Shown here one piece after another: positions 25,645-34,407 of a stretch of 35,416 nucleotides of DNA. Numbering within the stretch: the first letter of the stretch is position 1; every line of letters begins with the position of its first letter. The notes beneath the pieces are model-generated. The model did no database searches, was not told the DNA's origin, and saw only the letters and a program-made list of their open reading frames with translations. The position numbers were made by a program, and so were the translations under genes. The DNA comes from an uncultured Candidatus Saccharibacteria bacterium (GTDB taxonomy: Bacteria; Patescibacteriota; Dojkabacteria; SC72), in contig CAZIIC010000005.1 in assembly GCA_964539195.1 (NCBI GenBank), positions 1 through 35,416 on the forward strand, written 5' to 3'.

Positions 25645-26736
25645 TTACTTTAATAAATCCAATACTGCAGTTACGTTCTTGTCAGTAATTCCTTTAACTT
25701 TAAGAAGATCTGCTTCTGTTGCACCTCTTAAATCATCAATCTTTTCAAATCCTGCTGTTATTAAAGCTTTCTTTACTCTAACAGGAAGATCCGTACCTTC
25801 TATTGAAAGTGGGTCAACTGGTTTTTCAATTACTCTTACGACACTCTTTGCAACAGCGTCATCAATTTTACCCTGTCTTAAAGCTTTCAATCTTTCTTTT
25901 TCAGCTTCTTCCATAGCTTTAACTCTTTCAACTTCAGCTGAATAGTCTGAGCTCATTCTCTCAAGTGATGTTACGTGTGAAGTTCTAGTTGCAATTAATT
26001 GCTTAGAATATCTTGAGTTCTCAATGGCTTTTCCGAATAGTTCAACAAAAAGTGAAATACTCTTTAATGAGTCATCGTTAGCTGGTATTACATGAGTAAT
26101 TCCATCTGGATTACTATTTGAGTCAACAAGTGACACAACAGGAATACCACTGATAATACACTCTTTAATTGCATTCTTTTCAACTTTAGTATCAATTACA
26201 ACAACTAGGGCTGGCAACTTATCCATGAACTTGATTCCATCATAGATCTTGTTTAATCGCTCTACGTCTCTTTGCATTAATAACTGCTCTTTTTTAACCA
26301 TTCCTTTTGCACCACTAGCAATAGTGATTTCCATCTTTACAAGGTTGTCTACACTTCTTTTAACACCTCTAAAGTTTGTGAAAAGTCCACCTGGCCATCT
26401 CTTATTAATATAGAATGCACCTTTTTGTAATGCCATTTGCTGAACCATAGTAGCAGCTTGACCCTTTGTTCCAACAACCATGATATATCCAGTTTGAGCA
26501 GCCTTTTGAATAGCAGCTAAAGCTTGTTTAGTCTTGGTAAGTGTTTTTACAAGGTCAATGATATGAGCACCATTTCTTCCCTCATAAATGTATGGCTTCA
26601 TTTTAGGATTCCAAGCACTAGTTCTGTGTCCAAAGTGGGCACCTGCTTGTAGCAATTCTTCAAGTGAAGGTAATGTAACTTCAGGCATTTGTTTTACTTC
26701 TTCTACCTGTACAGAAGTTTTGATTTCCTTTTGCAT
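25645..26736 (-). CDS. rpsB: 30S ribosomal protein S2 with a ~120-aa C-terminal extension ending in an RpoA-alphaCTD-like HhH domain
   Basis: S2 core: LLQAGAHFGHRTSAWNPKMKPYIYEGRNGAHIIDL...VDSNSNPDGITHVIPANDDS. The extra C-terminus has a coiled segment EVERVKAMEEAEKERLKALRQ, then LPVRVKKALITAGFEKIDDLRGATEADLLKVKGITDKNVTAVLDLLK. Confidence 0.9.
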   Translation of the reverse strand: MQKEIKTSVQVEEVKQMPEVTLPSLEELLQAGAHFGHRTSAWNPKMKPYIYEGRNGAHIIDLVKTLTKTKQALAAIQKAAQTGYIMVVGTKGQAATMVQQMALQKGAFYINKRWPGGLFTNFRGVKRSVDNLVKMEITIASGAKGMVKKEQLLMQRDVERLNKIYDGIKFMDKLPALVVVIDTKVEKNAIKECIISGIPVVSLVDSNSNPDGITHVIPANDDSLKSISLFVELFGKAIENSRYSKQLIATRTSHVTSLERMSSDYSAEVERVKAMEEAEKERLKALRQGKIDDAVAKSVVRVIEKPVDPLSIEGTDLPVRVKKALITAGFEKIDDLRGATEADLLKVKGITDKNVTAVLDLLK

Positions 26737-26823
26737 TATAATAATTTCCTTTCTTCTACTACTCTTTTAGGATATCTCTATCCAAGGAAAAATAAAGAGT
26801 ATGAGAGATTAAATAAACAGCAG

Positions 26824-26832
26824 AGTTTATCA
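26824..26832 (-). promoter_or_regulatory. Extended -10-like element TGATAAACT upstream of rpsB; implies a ~80-nt leader
   Basis: The reverse complement of agtttatca is TGATAAACT, the same TGATA-type element seen before mfd, cysS, the ABC gene and the tRNA operon. The leader contains the hairpin GGATA-GAGA-TATCC (26770..26783) and an SD-like AAAGGAAA. Confidence 0.3.
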
Positions 26833-26899
26833 AAATCTTAATAGTTATGCAACAAAAGGACTTAAGCACTCATAAAAAGCCCCTAAATATCCATTTCAC

Positions 26900-27520
26900 C
26901 TATAGAATTTCTACTCTTGACCATCCACTATTTGAGATAATTAAATGATCTAACAACTCCATACCAACAAGCTCTAACGAATTTTTGATTCTTTTAGTTA
27001 CATCTATATCGCCCTGGCTTGCACTTAGGTTACCCGAAGGATGATTGTGAGCCATAATTACATAAAGTGCGTTAAACTTAAGCCCAGCAATAATAATATC
27101 CCTGGGTAAAACATGTACACCATCAACCGTTCCTATACCAACAGTCTTTCTGCAGACCTCTTCATATCTAGCGTTTAAGAAAATACATACAAAGTGTTCC
27201 TGCCTATACCTACCCATACCCCTTAGTGTTTCATAAGCCTGCGCACTAGTTCTAATCACTCTCCGAGATACTTTATCCACATAGTACCTCAAGCCCAATT
27301 CTACGCACACAGATAGTTTCATAGCCTTAACCTCACCTAAGCCATTAATTGATATGAAGTCTTGATATGCAACAGTACCCCGTTTAAATAATTTATCTAC
27401 TTCCGCGCTTATCTGGAATACATTTCTCTGTTTGTTACCTGAAGAAATTATTATGGAAATAAGGTCTTTTAAAGACATATTTGATACACCCCACTTTAGA
27501 AATTTTTCTCTTGGTAACAT
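26900..27520 (-). CDS. radC: RadC-family JAB/MPN domain protein
   Basis: JAMM motif MAHNHPSGNLSASQGD and an HhH-like N-terminal region; 206 aa. Confidence 0.88.
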   Translation of the reverse strand: MLPREKFLKWGVSNMSLKDLISIIISSGNKQRNVFQISAEVDKLFKRGTVAYQDFISINGLGEVKAMKLSVCVELGLRYYVDKVSRRVIRTSAQAYETLRGMGRYRQEHFVCIFLNARYEEVCRKTVGIGTVDGVHVLPRDIIIAGLKFNALYVIMAHNHPSGNLSASQGDIDVTKRIKNSLELVGMELLDHLIISNSGWSRVEIL

Positions 27521-27554
27521 GTATTAATATTACACAAGAGTTATGAACAAGTAC

Positions 27555-29654
27555 TTACTCCTCTTCTTCTTTTTTCTTCTTACTTTCCTTCTTTATATAT
27601 TTACAGTCTGGATATCCAGTACAACCTGTAAATGTTTTACCCCATCTACCTTTCTTCTCAGTTAGATTCTTTCCACATAATGGGCAAGTTTCTTTTAGCG
27701 CAAGTGGTTTTATATTCTTACACTCAGGGTATTTAGAACAACCCCAAAACTTTCCATATTTACTACTCTTTAAAATCATATCCGACCCACATTTCTCACA
27801 CTTTTCTAATTTCAAATACTTCTCTTCATCTAAAGGTTCGCTTTCTGCCAAGCTCTTAATCCCTTTACACTCAGGAAATCTTTCACAAGTTAGGAACTTA
27901 CCGTTCTTACCTATCTTAACTAGCATTGCTGCTCCACAGTCAGGACACTTTTCATCTGACTTACCTAAGATTACTAAGTCTTCTTTTTTAATACCATTTT
28001 CTGCACTATCAATATCCTTTTGAAGAGACCCATACTCTGATTCCATGAATGGTACATACTTAAGTTCTCCATTTGAGATATCGTCTAACCTATTCTCAAC
28101 ACCTGCTGTGTATTCATAATCAACCAGTCGTCCAAAGCTACTCTTTAAGAACTTACAAACTACCCTACCAATATCAGTTGGTGCTAATGCTTTTTCAATC
28201 TTTTCAACATATCCCCTATCAATAATAGTGCTAATGATTGTTGCGTATGTTGAAGGCCTTCCAATTCCAAGCGCTTCTAAAGTCTTTACTAGACCTGCTT
28301 CTGAGTATCTTGGCTTTGGTTTAGTATACTTCTGCAATAGCGATAATTCTATAAGACTTAGGATATCGCCCTTATTAATATGACCCAATATTGCAACCTC
28401 ATCATCCTCTTTATCCCCTTGTAACAACAATCTAAACCCATCAAATAGTACGTTCTCACCACTTGCGATGAATGTATAATCTTGTTGTGTGCCTTGTGGC
28501 TTGATCTCCAAACTCAACTGGTTTGAAATCTTTTCTGACATTTGACTTGCAACAGCTCTTTTCCATATTAATGTGTATAATTTTGCATCAGTTGGATCTA
28601 GCTTTTTAGCCGCTGCCTGTGGAGTAAAAGATACATCCGAAGGTCTAATTGCTTCGTGAGCTTCTTGGGCGTTCTTAGATTTAGTTTTATAGAAGTTTGG
28701 TTTTGCAGGTAGATATTTATCACCATACTCTTTAGCTACAAACTTTCTAATTGATTCGATTGCTTGAGAGCTTAAGTTTGTTGAGTCCGTTCTCATATAT
28801 GTTATATATCCAGATTGATATAACATTTGAGCTATTCCCATTGTTCTTTTTGCTGTAAATCCAAGAACTCTGTTTGCTGCTTGTTGTAATGTTGAAGTAG
28901 TAAATGGAGGAAATGCATGCTTTTTAACCTCTCTTGTTGTTACATTTGTAACTAAGAAATCTTTTTTAGCTATATCATCATTTATCTTGTTAGCCTCTAC
29001 ACCATTGTTTACATCTACTTTCTTTCCAGCAATTCTTGAAAGATATGCGCTAAATCTATTTGATTTATCCTTTTCTAATGTTGCATTAATATCCCAATAC
29101 TCTTCAGGGACAAAGGCTTCAATCTCCTCTTCTCTTTCAACTATTAATCTTAAAGCTGCAGACTGTACACGACCTGCAGAGAGTCCATACCAAATCTTTT
29201 TCCATAGAACTTGTGATACTTTATATCCAACTAATCTATCTAACATTCTTCTTGCAAACTGTGCGTCTACAAGATCTTGGTCAATTTTTCTTGGATTTTT
29301 AATAGCTGTATTCACAGCATCTTTAGTTATTTCATTGAATGTAATTCTATTTGCATTCTTAAGTTTCAAAGCAGAAGCTGTATGCCATGCAATTGCCTCA
29401 CCTTCACGGTCAGGGTCCATTGCAAGATATACTTTTCCATCTTTAGGTATATCTTTTTTAAGTTTTTTTACTAACTCTCCTTTTCCTTTAATCGTTACAA
29501 ATTCAGGTTTAAAATCGTTTTCGACATCTACACCTAATTTATTTTTAGGAAGATCGATAATATGACCAACAGTGGCCTTCACCTTATATTCCTTACCCAA
29601 ATACTTTTCAATTGTTTTAGCCTTTGCTGGAGACTCTACTAATACTAGATTCAT
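27555..29654 (-). CDS. topA: DNA topoisomerase I (type IA) with three C-terminal zinc ribbons
   Basis: Toprim MNLVLVESPAKAKTI...DPDREGEAIAWH and active-site region GYITYMRTDS. Three CxxC...C..C ribbons are present (CPDCG, CEKCG, CPLCG), followed by a K/E tail. Confidence 0.95.
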   Translation of the reverse strand: MNLVLVESPAKAKTIEKYLGKEYKVKATVGHIIDLPKNKLGVDVENDFKPEFVTIKGKGELVKKLKKDIPKDGKVYLAMDPDREGEAIAWHTASALKLKNANRITFNEITKDAVNTAIKNPRKIDQDLVDAQFARRMLDRLVGYKVSQVLWKKIWYGLSAGRVQSAALRLIVEREEEIEAFVPEEYWDINATLEKDKSNRFSAYLSRIAGKKVDVNNGVEANKINDDIAKKDFLVTNVTTREVKKHAFPPFTTSTLQQAANRVLGFTAKRTMGIAQMLYQSGYITYMRTDSTNLSSQAIESIRKFVAKEYGDKYLPAKPNFYKTKSKNAQEAHEAIRPSDVSFTPQAAAKKLDPTDAKLYTLIWKRAVASQMSEKISNQLSLEIKPQGTQQDYTFIASGENVLFDGFRLLLQGDKEDDEVAILGHINKGDILSLIELSLLQKYTKPKPRYSEAGLVKTLEALGIGRPSTYATIISTIIDRGYVEKIEKALAPTDIGRVVCKFLKSSFGRLVDYEYTAGVENRLDDISNGELKYVPFMESEYGSLQKDIDSAENGIKKEDLVILGKSDEKCPDCGAAMLVKIGKNGKFLTCERFPECKGIKSLAESEPLDEEKYLKLEKCEKCGSDMILKSSKYGKFWGCSKYPECKNIKPLALKETCPLCGKNLTEKKGRWGKTFTGCTGYPDCKYIKKESKKKKEEEE

Positions 29655-29660
29655 CGCTTT

Positions 29661-29689
29661 ACAGTATCAGGTATCAAAACTTATATCAA
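29661..29689 (-). promoter_or_regulatory. Candidate topA promoter TTGATA - 17 bp - TACTGT, with the -10 only 6 nt from the ATG
   Basis: -35 is the reverse complement of 29684..29689, and -10 is the reverse complement of 29661..29666. The spacer is exactly 17 bp. No SD is present. Confidence 0.35.
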
Positions 29690-29755
29690 TTTGGGCAAAA
29701 TACACCCATACCGTATTCATTGTCAAATACAGTATACATTATTAAGATGAAATAT

Positions 29756-31729
29756 TTATTTCCTATGAACGTTCCACCAGTCTATAAATTCACGAGCAAT
29801 TAATGCTGAATTATTACTTGCTCCACCATCTTCTAAAAACACAACAAAAGCATACTTTGGCTTATCATATGGGAAGAATCCTGTTACCCAAGCATGGGTA
29901 TTTTCATATCTCCCATTACTATCAACCCTACCAAATTCTGCCGTACCAGTTTTTGCAGCTATCTCAGGTTTTGCACCTGAAAGAGGAATAATTACTCTTC
30001 TAGCACCATTTACAGATGACCACATACCTTCCCTAACTATCTTTAAGGCATCTTCCCCAACGATCTTCTTTCTGATTGGTTTAGGTGCCAAGTTAACAAT
30101 TCGACCGTCAGGATACTCAAGTATTGTGCCAAGATGAGGAGTATTAAGTGTTCCACCGTTTGCAATTGCAGACACCCAGTTAACCATCTGAATTGGAGTA
30201 ACAGTTGTAATACCTTGTCCAATCACTGAGTTACAAGAATCACCCTCAGGATACCAAACATCGTCTAACCAAGGACTTGTTGTCTGAGCTAATTTAATCT
30301 TGTTCTCAGGCGAAGGCAGCCTTCCTGCTCCTTCTCCATCTAAATCAATACCTGTAACTGATCCAATGCCAAACTTTGATAGATATGGTACTAACTTATC
30401 CATATCCCAATTTCTAATTGTTTCGCAGAAAAATATATTTGAAGATACGGTTAATGCTGAGACCACATTTAATGGTCCGTATGAATTATTTCCATACTCA
30501 GGAAATGGTCGATCATCTGAAAAAGTATACCCTCTTCTACTTGTATATATTGTATTTACATCAATTGCTTTAGCATCAAGTGCAGAAGATGCAACAATCG
30601 TTTTAAATGTAGACCCAGGAGGAACTTGGGCAGCAATAGCACGATTAAGTAGTGGGTTTTTACCTGACTTTAATACTTTATTATACTCCCCAGTGCTTAT
30701 ACCTCCGACAAATAGATTGTTATTATATGAAGGATATGATGCCATTGAGATAATCTCACCGGTTTGAATATCTTGTAATATTGCAGCTCCACCATCAGCT
30801 CCAAATCTTTTAACACCTTTTTTTAATGCTTCATACATTACTTCTTGAGCATTAATATCTATTGATAGATTTAAAGTCGCGCCTGAGACGCTTGGTACTA
30901 TTTCTGAATCTAGCTGATTAACAATATTTCCAAACGAATCTCTCTCTCTTGAGATTCTCCCCTTTGTACCAAACAGTTGTTCATCATATTTTAATTCTAA
31001 TCCAGATTTCCCAATTACATCATTAAAGGAAACGTATTCAATATTTTGTAAATCTTCAAAATATACATTACCCGTGTATCCTAAAATATGCGCCATGGAT
31101 AGTCCGTACGGATAGCTTCTTTTACTTCCATTTTCAATTGTAACTCCTTTTAAATATGACTGTGCAGATCTAACTTTTACAGCCACATCATTACTCATTC
31201 CTGAAAGTACCTCTACTTTTTTGACCCACCCTTTATCCTCTAATGAATATTTTTCCCAAACTTTATTCACCCTCTCAACTATCTTTCCATTCTCTTTTAT
31301 ATCTTTTCCTAACACTTCTTCAATTTTACTGGCCACATTTTTCAGTTTTTCTTGATTGACTGTATAGTCATTATTTATAATTTCTGAAGTATCAATAAAC
31401 ACTGAAACAGCAGGAATATTTAGAGCCAACTTCTTTCCATTTCTATCAACAATTAGTCCCCTATTTGGTTTAACCTCTGCAATTTCAAACTGATTGTTTT
31501 GAGATTTCTCTTTATAGTATGAATGTGAAAAGATCTGAAGATTAATCAAAGTGTAGACGACAATAAAAAATATAGAGATGAATATTGGAAAAATTAATAG
31601 ATACTTATATGTAATTACTTTACTATCATCTATTTGAGCAGATGTTGTTTGAACGTTTAAAATATCAGAGCTCTTTAGACTCTGCTTTTTAAATTCCTTA
31701 TTTATTTGCTGTCCGAATTTTATCTTCAC
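29756..31729 (-). CDS. mrdA: Penicillin-binding protein 2 (elongasome transpeptidase)
   Basis: Motifs STFK (PPGSTFKTIV), SSN (TVSSNIFF) and KTG (AKTGTAE), with one N-terminal TM. GTG start overlaps the mreD stop (GTGA). Follows mreBCD. Confidence 0.9.
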   Translation of the reverse strand: MKIKFGQQINKEFKKQSLKSSDILNVQTTSAQIDDSKVITYKYLLIFPIFISIFFIVVYTLINLQIFSHSYYKEKSQNNQFEIAEVKPNRGLIVDRNGKKLALNIPAVSVFIDTSEIINNDYTVNQEKLKNVASKIEEVLGKDIKENGKIVERVNKVWEKYSLEDKGWVKKVEVLSGMSNDVAVKVRSAQSYLKGVTIENGSKRSYPYGLSMAHILGYTGNVYFEDLQNIEYVSFNDVIGKSGLELKYDEQLFGTKGRISRERDSFGNIVNQLDSEIVPSVSGATLNLSIDINAQEVMYEALKKGVKRFGADGGAAILQDIQTGEIISMASYPSYNNNLFVGGISTGEYNKVLKSGKNPLLNRAIAAQVPPGSTFKTIVASSALDAKAIDVNTIYTSRRGYTFSDDRPFPEYGNNSYGPLNVVSALTVSSNIFFCETIRNWDMDKLVPYLSKFGIGSVTGIDLDGEGAGRLPSPENKIKLAQTTSPWLDDVWYPEGDSCNSVIGQGITTVTPIQMVNWVSAIANGGTLNTPHLGTILEYPDGRIVNLAPKPIRKKIVGEDALKIVREGMWSSVNGARRVIIPLSGAKPEIAAKTGTAEFGRVDSNGRYENTHAWVTGFFPYDKPKYAFVVFLEDGGASNNSALIAREFIDWWNVHRK

Positions 31730-32196
31730 AGTTTTATCTTGGATAAATTACTATCACTATTAAAATTACTAAGTAGTGTCTCAACAATTATTACAACGGT
31801 ATATGTAATTATCGCAGGTAATATATTTTCAATTAATAATTGATTAGAAAATCCATTTGTATAAATCATATTAAGCAGAATTAATGAGAGATATATTGAA
31901 ACAACCCTTATTAATATAGATAGGATACTTCCAATTGAGGCAACTCTCTTACTTATCTCTGAGACTAATACTATTATTGAAAATACAACTAAGTATGAAC
32001 CAAGCATATTTTTAACAGTTAGATCAAGTAGAATTGATGCAATAATTAAAAATATAATACTTCCACTACTCAACGTTCTTGAATACAATAATATGGCAAT
32101 AATTAAAAATATAGAGATACCAAAGGGAAGGTATATTAACGGTTCTACAAATATTATTAAAACACTAAAAAGGACACTAAGTATTACTTGAATCAT
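31726..32196 (-). CDS. mreD: Rod shape-determining protein MreD
   Basis: 156-aa polytopic membrane protein between mreC and mrdA, with 4-nt overlaps on both sides. Assigned mainly by synteny. Confidence 0.65.
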   Translation of the reverse strand: MIQVILSVLFSVLIIFVEPLIYLPFGISIFLIIAILLYSRTLSSGSIIFLIIASILLDLTVKNMLGSYLVVFSIIVLVSEISKRVASIGSILSILIRVVSIYLSLILLNMIYTNGFSNQLLIENILPAIITYTVVIIVETLLSNFNSDSNLSKIKL

Positions 32197-32987
32197 TTCC
32201 TTACAAAAATATAATTATTATTAAAAATTTCAATATTAGGTTTAACTTTGGCTGTAAGTACAGAGGCAGCATTATCTTTTACAAGTTGTGTAACTCTTCC
32301 AAGAAGTAGTTTGCCTCCTATTCGTGTATCAGAAACAAAAACTAAGTCTCCATCTGAGATATTACTACTACCTGCAATATTCTCAATTAATATTTCAAAG
32401 TTTTTACCAACAGCGATTGCTTTTACGTTACTACTTTTCCCATCTTTAGAAATTAGTACTTCCAAGGTACTTTTCGAATTATCAGCTGTTAATACTTTAG
32501 AAGAAGTTTGACCAACCGATTCAATAATCCCCACATAACTATCTCCTAATACAACGACATCTCCACTTTTAACGCCATCTTTTGTTCCTAAATCAATAAT
32601 TATTTCCGAACCATCTGAAGGAGTATAAAAGGATGCTTGAAGATACTCAAAATCTTTATCAGAGCTCTTTGCATGTTTCTCAAGAGCTTCGAATTTCTTT
32701 TTTAGAACTTCAAATTCACCTGCCTTTATTTCTAATTGCTCAATCTTATTCTTAAGTAACTCAATACTCGAAAGATTCTTTTGGTAGTTTTGTAATCCCT
32801 CAATCTTCTCCTTACTTTCTCTACCTAAATCCATTCCTGTAAATGAGATTGGTTGTAAACTAATAGTTATAGCAGAAAACGCTTGCTCAATATCAGTAAA
32901 GTATCCAACGGCAAAAATCATTATTGATATAACTACAAGGTATAAAGGATTAAATTCCTTTTTTTGATTTGGTGTAACTACTTTCAT
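32193..32987 (-). CDS. mreC: Rod shape-determining protein MreC
   Basis: N-terminal TM, a coiled coil (LKNKIEQLEIKAGEFEVLKKKFEALE), then a beta domain GDVVVLGDSYVGIIESVGQTSSKVL. Sits in the mreB-mreC-mreD order. Confidence 0.8.
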   Translation of the reverse strand: MKVVTPNQKKEFNPLYLVVISIMIFAVGYFTDIEQAFSAITISLQPISFTGMDLGRESKEKIEGLQNYQKNLSSIELLKNKIEQLEIKAGEFEVLKKKFEALEKHAKSSDKDFEYLQASFYTPSDGSEIIIDLGTKDGVKSGDVVVLGDSYVGIIESVGQTSSKVLTADNSKSTLEVLISKDGKSSNVKAIAVGKNFEILIENIAGSSNISDGDLVFVSDTRIGGKLLLGRVTQLVKDNAASVLTAKVKPNIEIFNNNYIFVRK

Positions 32988-32996
32988 GTATATATT

Positions 32997-34052
32997 CTAC
33001 ACTAATTCGTCCCAAGATTTTTGAATTCTTTCAAGCAATTGGATGTGGTCTAACATTGAGGCTGTACCTCTAGCAACAGCAGATAGTGGTTCTTTTACAA
33101 CTTTAACTGGCACATTAAGCCTTTTTTCCCAGTATTGAGCAATACCAGGAAGAAGTGCACCACCACCCGCAAGATGAACTCCACCTGTGAGCAGATCTGT
33201 CACTAATTCTGGAGGAGTATCTTCAATAGCATCTTTTACAGCTTCAGTTATTTGATCAATTGAGTTCATGAGGGCTTCTCGGATCTCGACACTTGAAACT
33301 TCAATTGATTTTGGCAAACCTGTTAACAAATCCCTACCTTGTACATTCATACTAATCTCTTTTTCAAGAGGAGCCGCACTTCCAATACTAAGCTTTACCT
33401 CTTCAGCAGTTCTTTCTCCAATTAAAAGATTATATTTATCTCTCATATAATCAATTACATCTTGATCCATTTCGTCTCCAGCTATTTTTATCGTCCTATC
33501 AACAACAATATCACCAAGTGATATAACAGCAATATCTGTTGTACCTCCACCAATATCAACAATCATACTTCCTGATGCTTGTTCAACGGGAAGGTTTGCA
33601 CCGATTGCTGCTGCCATTGCCTCTTCAACGATAAAGACTTCACGAGCACCTGCGGTCTTTGAAGCATCAATTACTGCTTGTCTTTCAACTTCTGTAACAG
33701 AGGAAGGCACACCAACAATTACTCTTGGTCTTGGAATTTTATATGTATTTGCAAAATATTCGTGTGCCTTACTTATGAAATGATGAAGCATGGCTTGAGT
33801 TGTATCAAAGTCATTAATTACTCCATCTCTAAGTGGTCTAATTGCCACAACATTTGCTGGAGTTCTACCTATCATTTGTCGAGCTTCAGTCCCAACAGCC
33901 AAAACTCTATTTGTTTTCTTATCTATAGCAACAACGGATGGTTCAAATACAACAATACCAGTACCTCTTAGATACACTATGGTATTTGCAGTACCTAAAT
34001 CAATTCCAATATCATATGTGAATTTTTCCCAGATTGAATCTAAAAGTTTCAT
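32997..34052 (-). CDS. mreB: Rod shape-determining protein MreB (actin homologue)
   Basis: DIGIDLGTANT, VIVGVPS..TEVERQA, DIGGGTTD and GGGALLPG are canonical MreB/ASHKA motifs. Confidence 0.95.
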   Translation of the reverse strand: MKLLDSIWEKFTYDIGIDLGTANTIVYLRGTGIVVFEPSVVAIDKKTNRVLAVGTEARQMIGRTPANVVAIRPLRDGVINDFDTTQAMLHHFISKAHEYFANTYKIPRPRVIVGVPSSVTEVERQAVIDASKTAGAREVFIVEEAMAAAIGANLPVEQASGSMIVDIGGGTTDIAVISLGDIVVDRTIKIAGDEMDQDVIDYMRDKYNLLIGERTAEEVKLSIGSAAPLEKEISMNVQGRDLLTGLPKSIEVSSVEIREALMNSIDQITEAVKDAIEDTPPELVTDLLTGGVHLAGGGALLPGIAQYWEKRLNVPVKVVKEPLSAVARGTASMLDHIQLLERIQKSWDELV

Positions 34053-34127
34053 TAATGTATATACAAAAAATCAGTACTTGATTGTACCACAAAAACAAAA
34101 GCTGAATATTGAGAAATATTATTACAC

Positions 34128-34340
34128 TTAAGCCTCTTTTTTAAGCTTCTTGTAACACTTCATACAAACATTAGTTCTAACAACCTGATCTCCAAGTTCT
34201 AAATCAACTTGTCGAAGGTTAGGTCTAAATGTTCTAGCAGTCTTTGGTGCCTTATATCTCCATCCACCCTTTGCAGCGTGCTGAATGTTTCTTCCTGCCA
34301 TATTCTTTTTTGCACATAAAGCGCAAGTCTTGGTTGCCAT
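34128..34340 (-). CDS. rpmB: 50S ribosomal protein L28
   Basis: 70 aa. C.LC.K....G.N..H......R.F.PNL is the L28 pattern (CALCAKKNMAGRNIQHA...RTFRPNLRQ). Confidence 0.85.
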   Translation of the reverse strand: MATKTCALCAKKNMAGRNIQHAAKGGWRYKAPKTARTFRPNLRQVDLELGDQVVRTNVCMKCYKKLKKEA

Positions 34341-34373
34341 TTCTTTAAAATGTTTGATGATTAAAAATCAAGG

Positions 34374-34384
34374 TGATATTATCA
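34374..34384. promoter_or_regulatory. Near-palindromic TGATATTATCA: overlapping extended -10 elements for both divergent genes (M50 protease on +, rpmB on -)
   Basis: The plus strand reads TGATATTAT (34374..34382), with -35 TTGATG at 34354..34359 and a 17-bp spacer. The minus strand reads TGATAATAT (34384..34376), with TTGTCA 17 bp upstream. Confidence 0.45.
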
Positions 34385-34407
34385 AAAAGATTATACTTTG
34401 ACAATAT

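Noticed and set aside
935-33971. Many 60-190-aa track ORFs lie inside or antisense to the larger genes. Examples: 935-1171(-), 1330-1530(+), 3042-3521(-), 5893-6102(+), 7829-8047(-), 8213-8494(-), 9343-9540(-), 9662-9952(-), 10920-11177(-), 11514-11774(+), 11888-12211(+), 13721-13948(+), 14527-14742(+), 15586-15858(+), 17161-17388(+), 18249-18449(+), 20068-20262(+), 20341-20553(+), 21813-22388, 22972-23430(+), 25622-25945(+), 26588-26770(+), 28987-29565(+), 29277-29474(+), 29803-29991(+), 30300-30767(+), 32248-32511(+), 33268-33450(+), 33678-33971(+).
   Set aside because: Each is fully or largely embedded in a longer ORF with clear conserved-family motifs. Their translations are low-complexity (Ser/Leu/Phe/Ile-rich), as expected for shadow frames of AT-rich genes.
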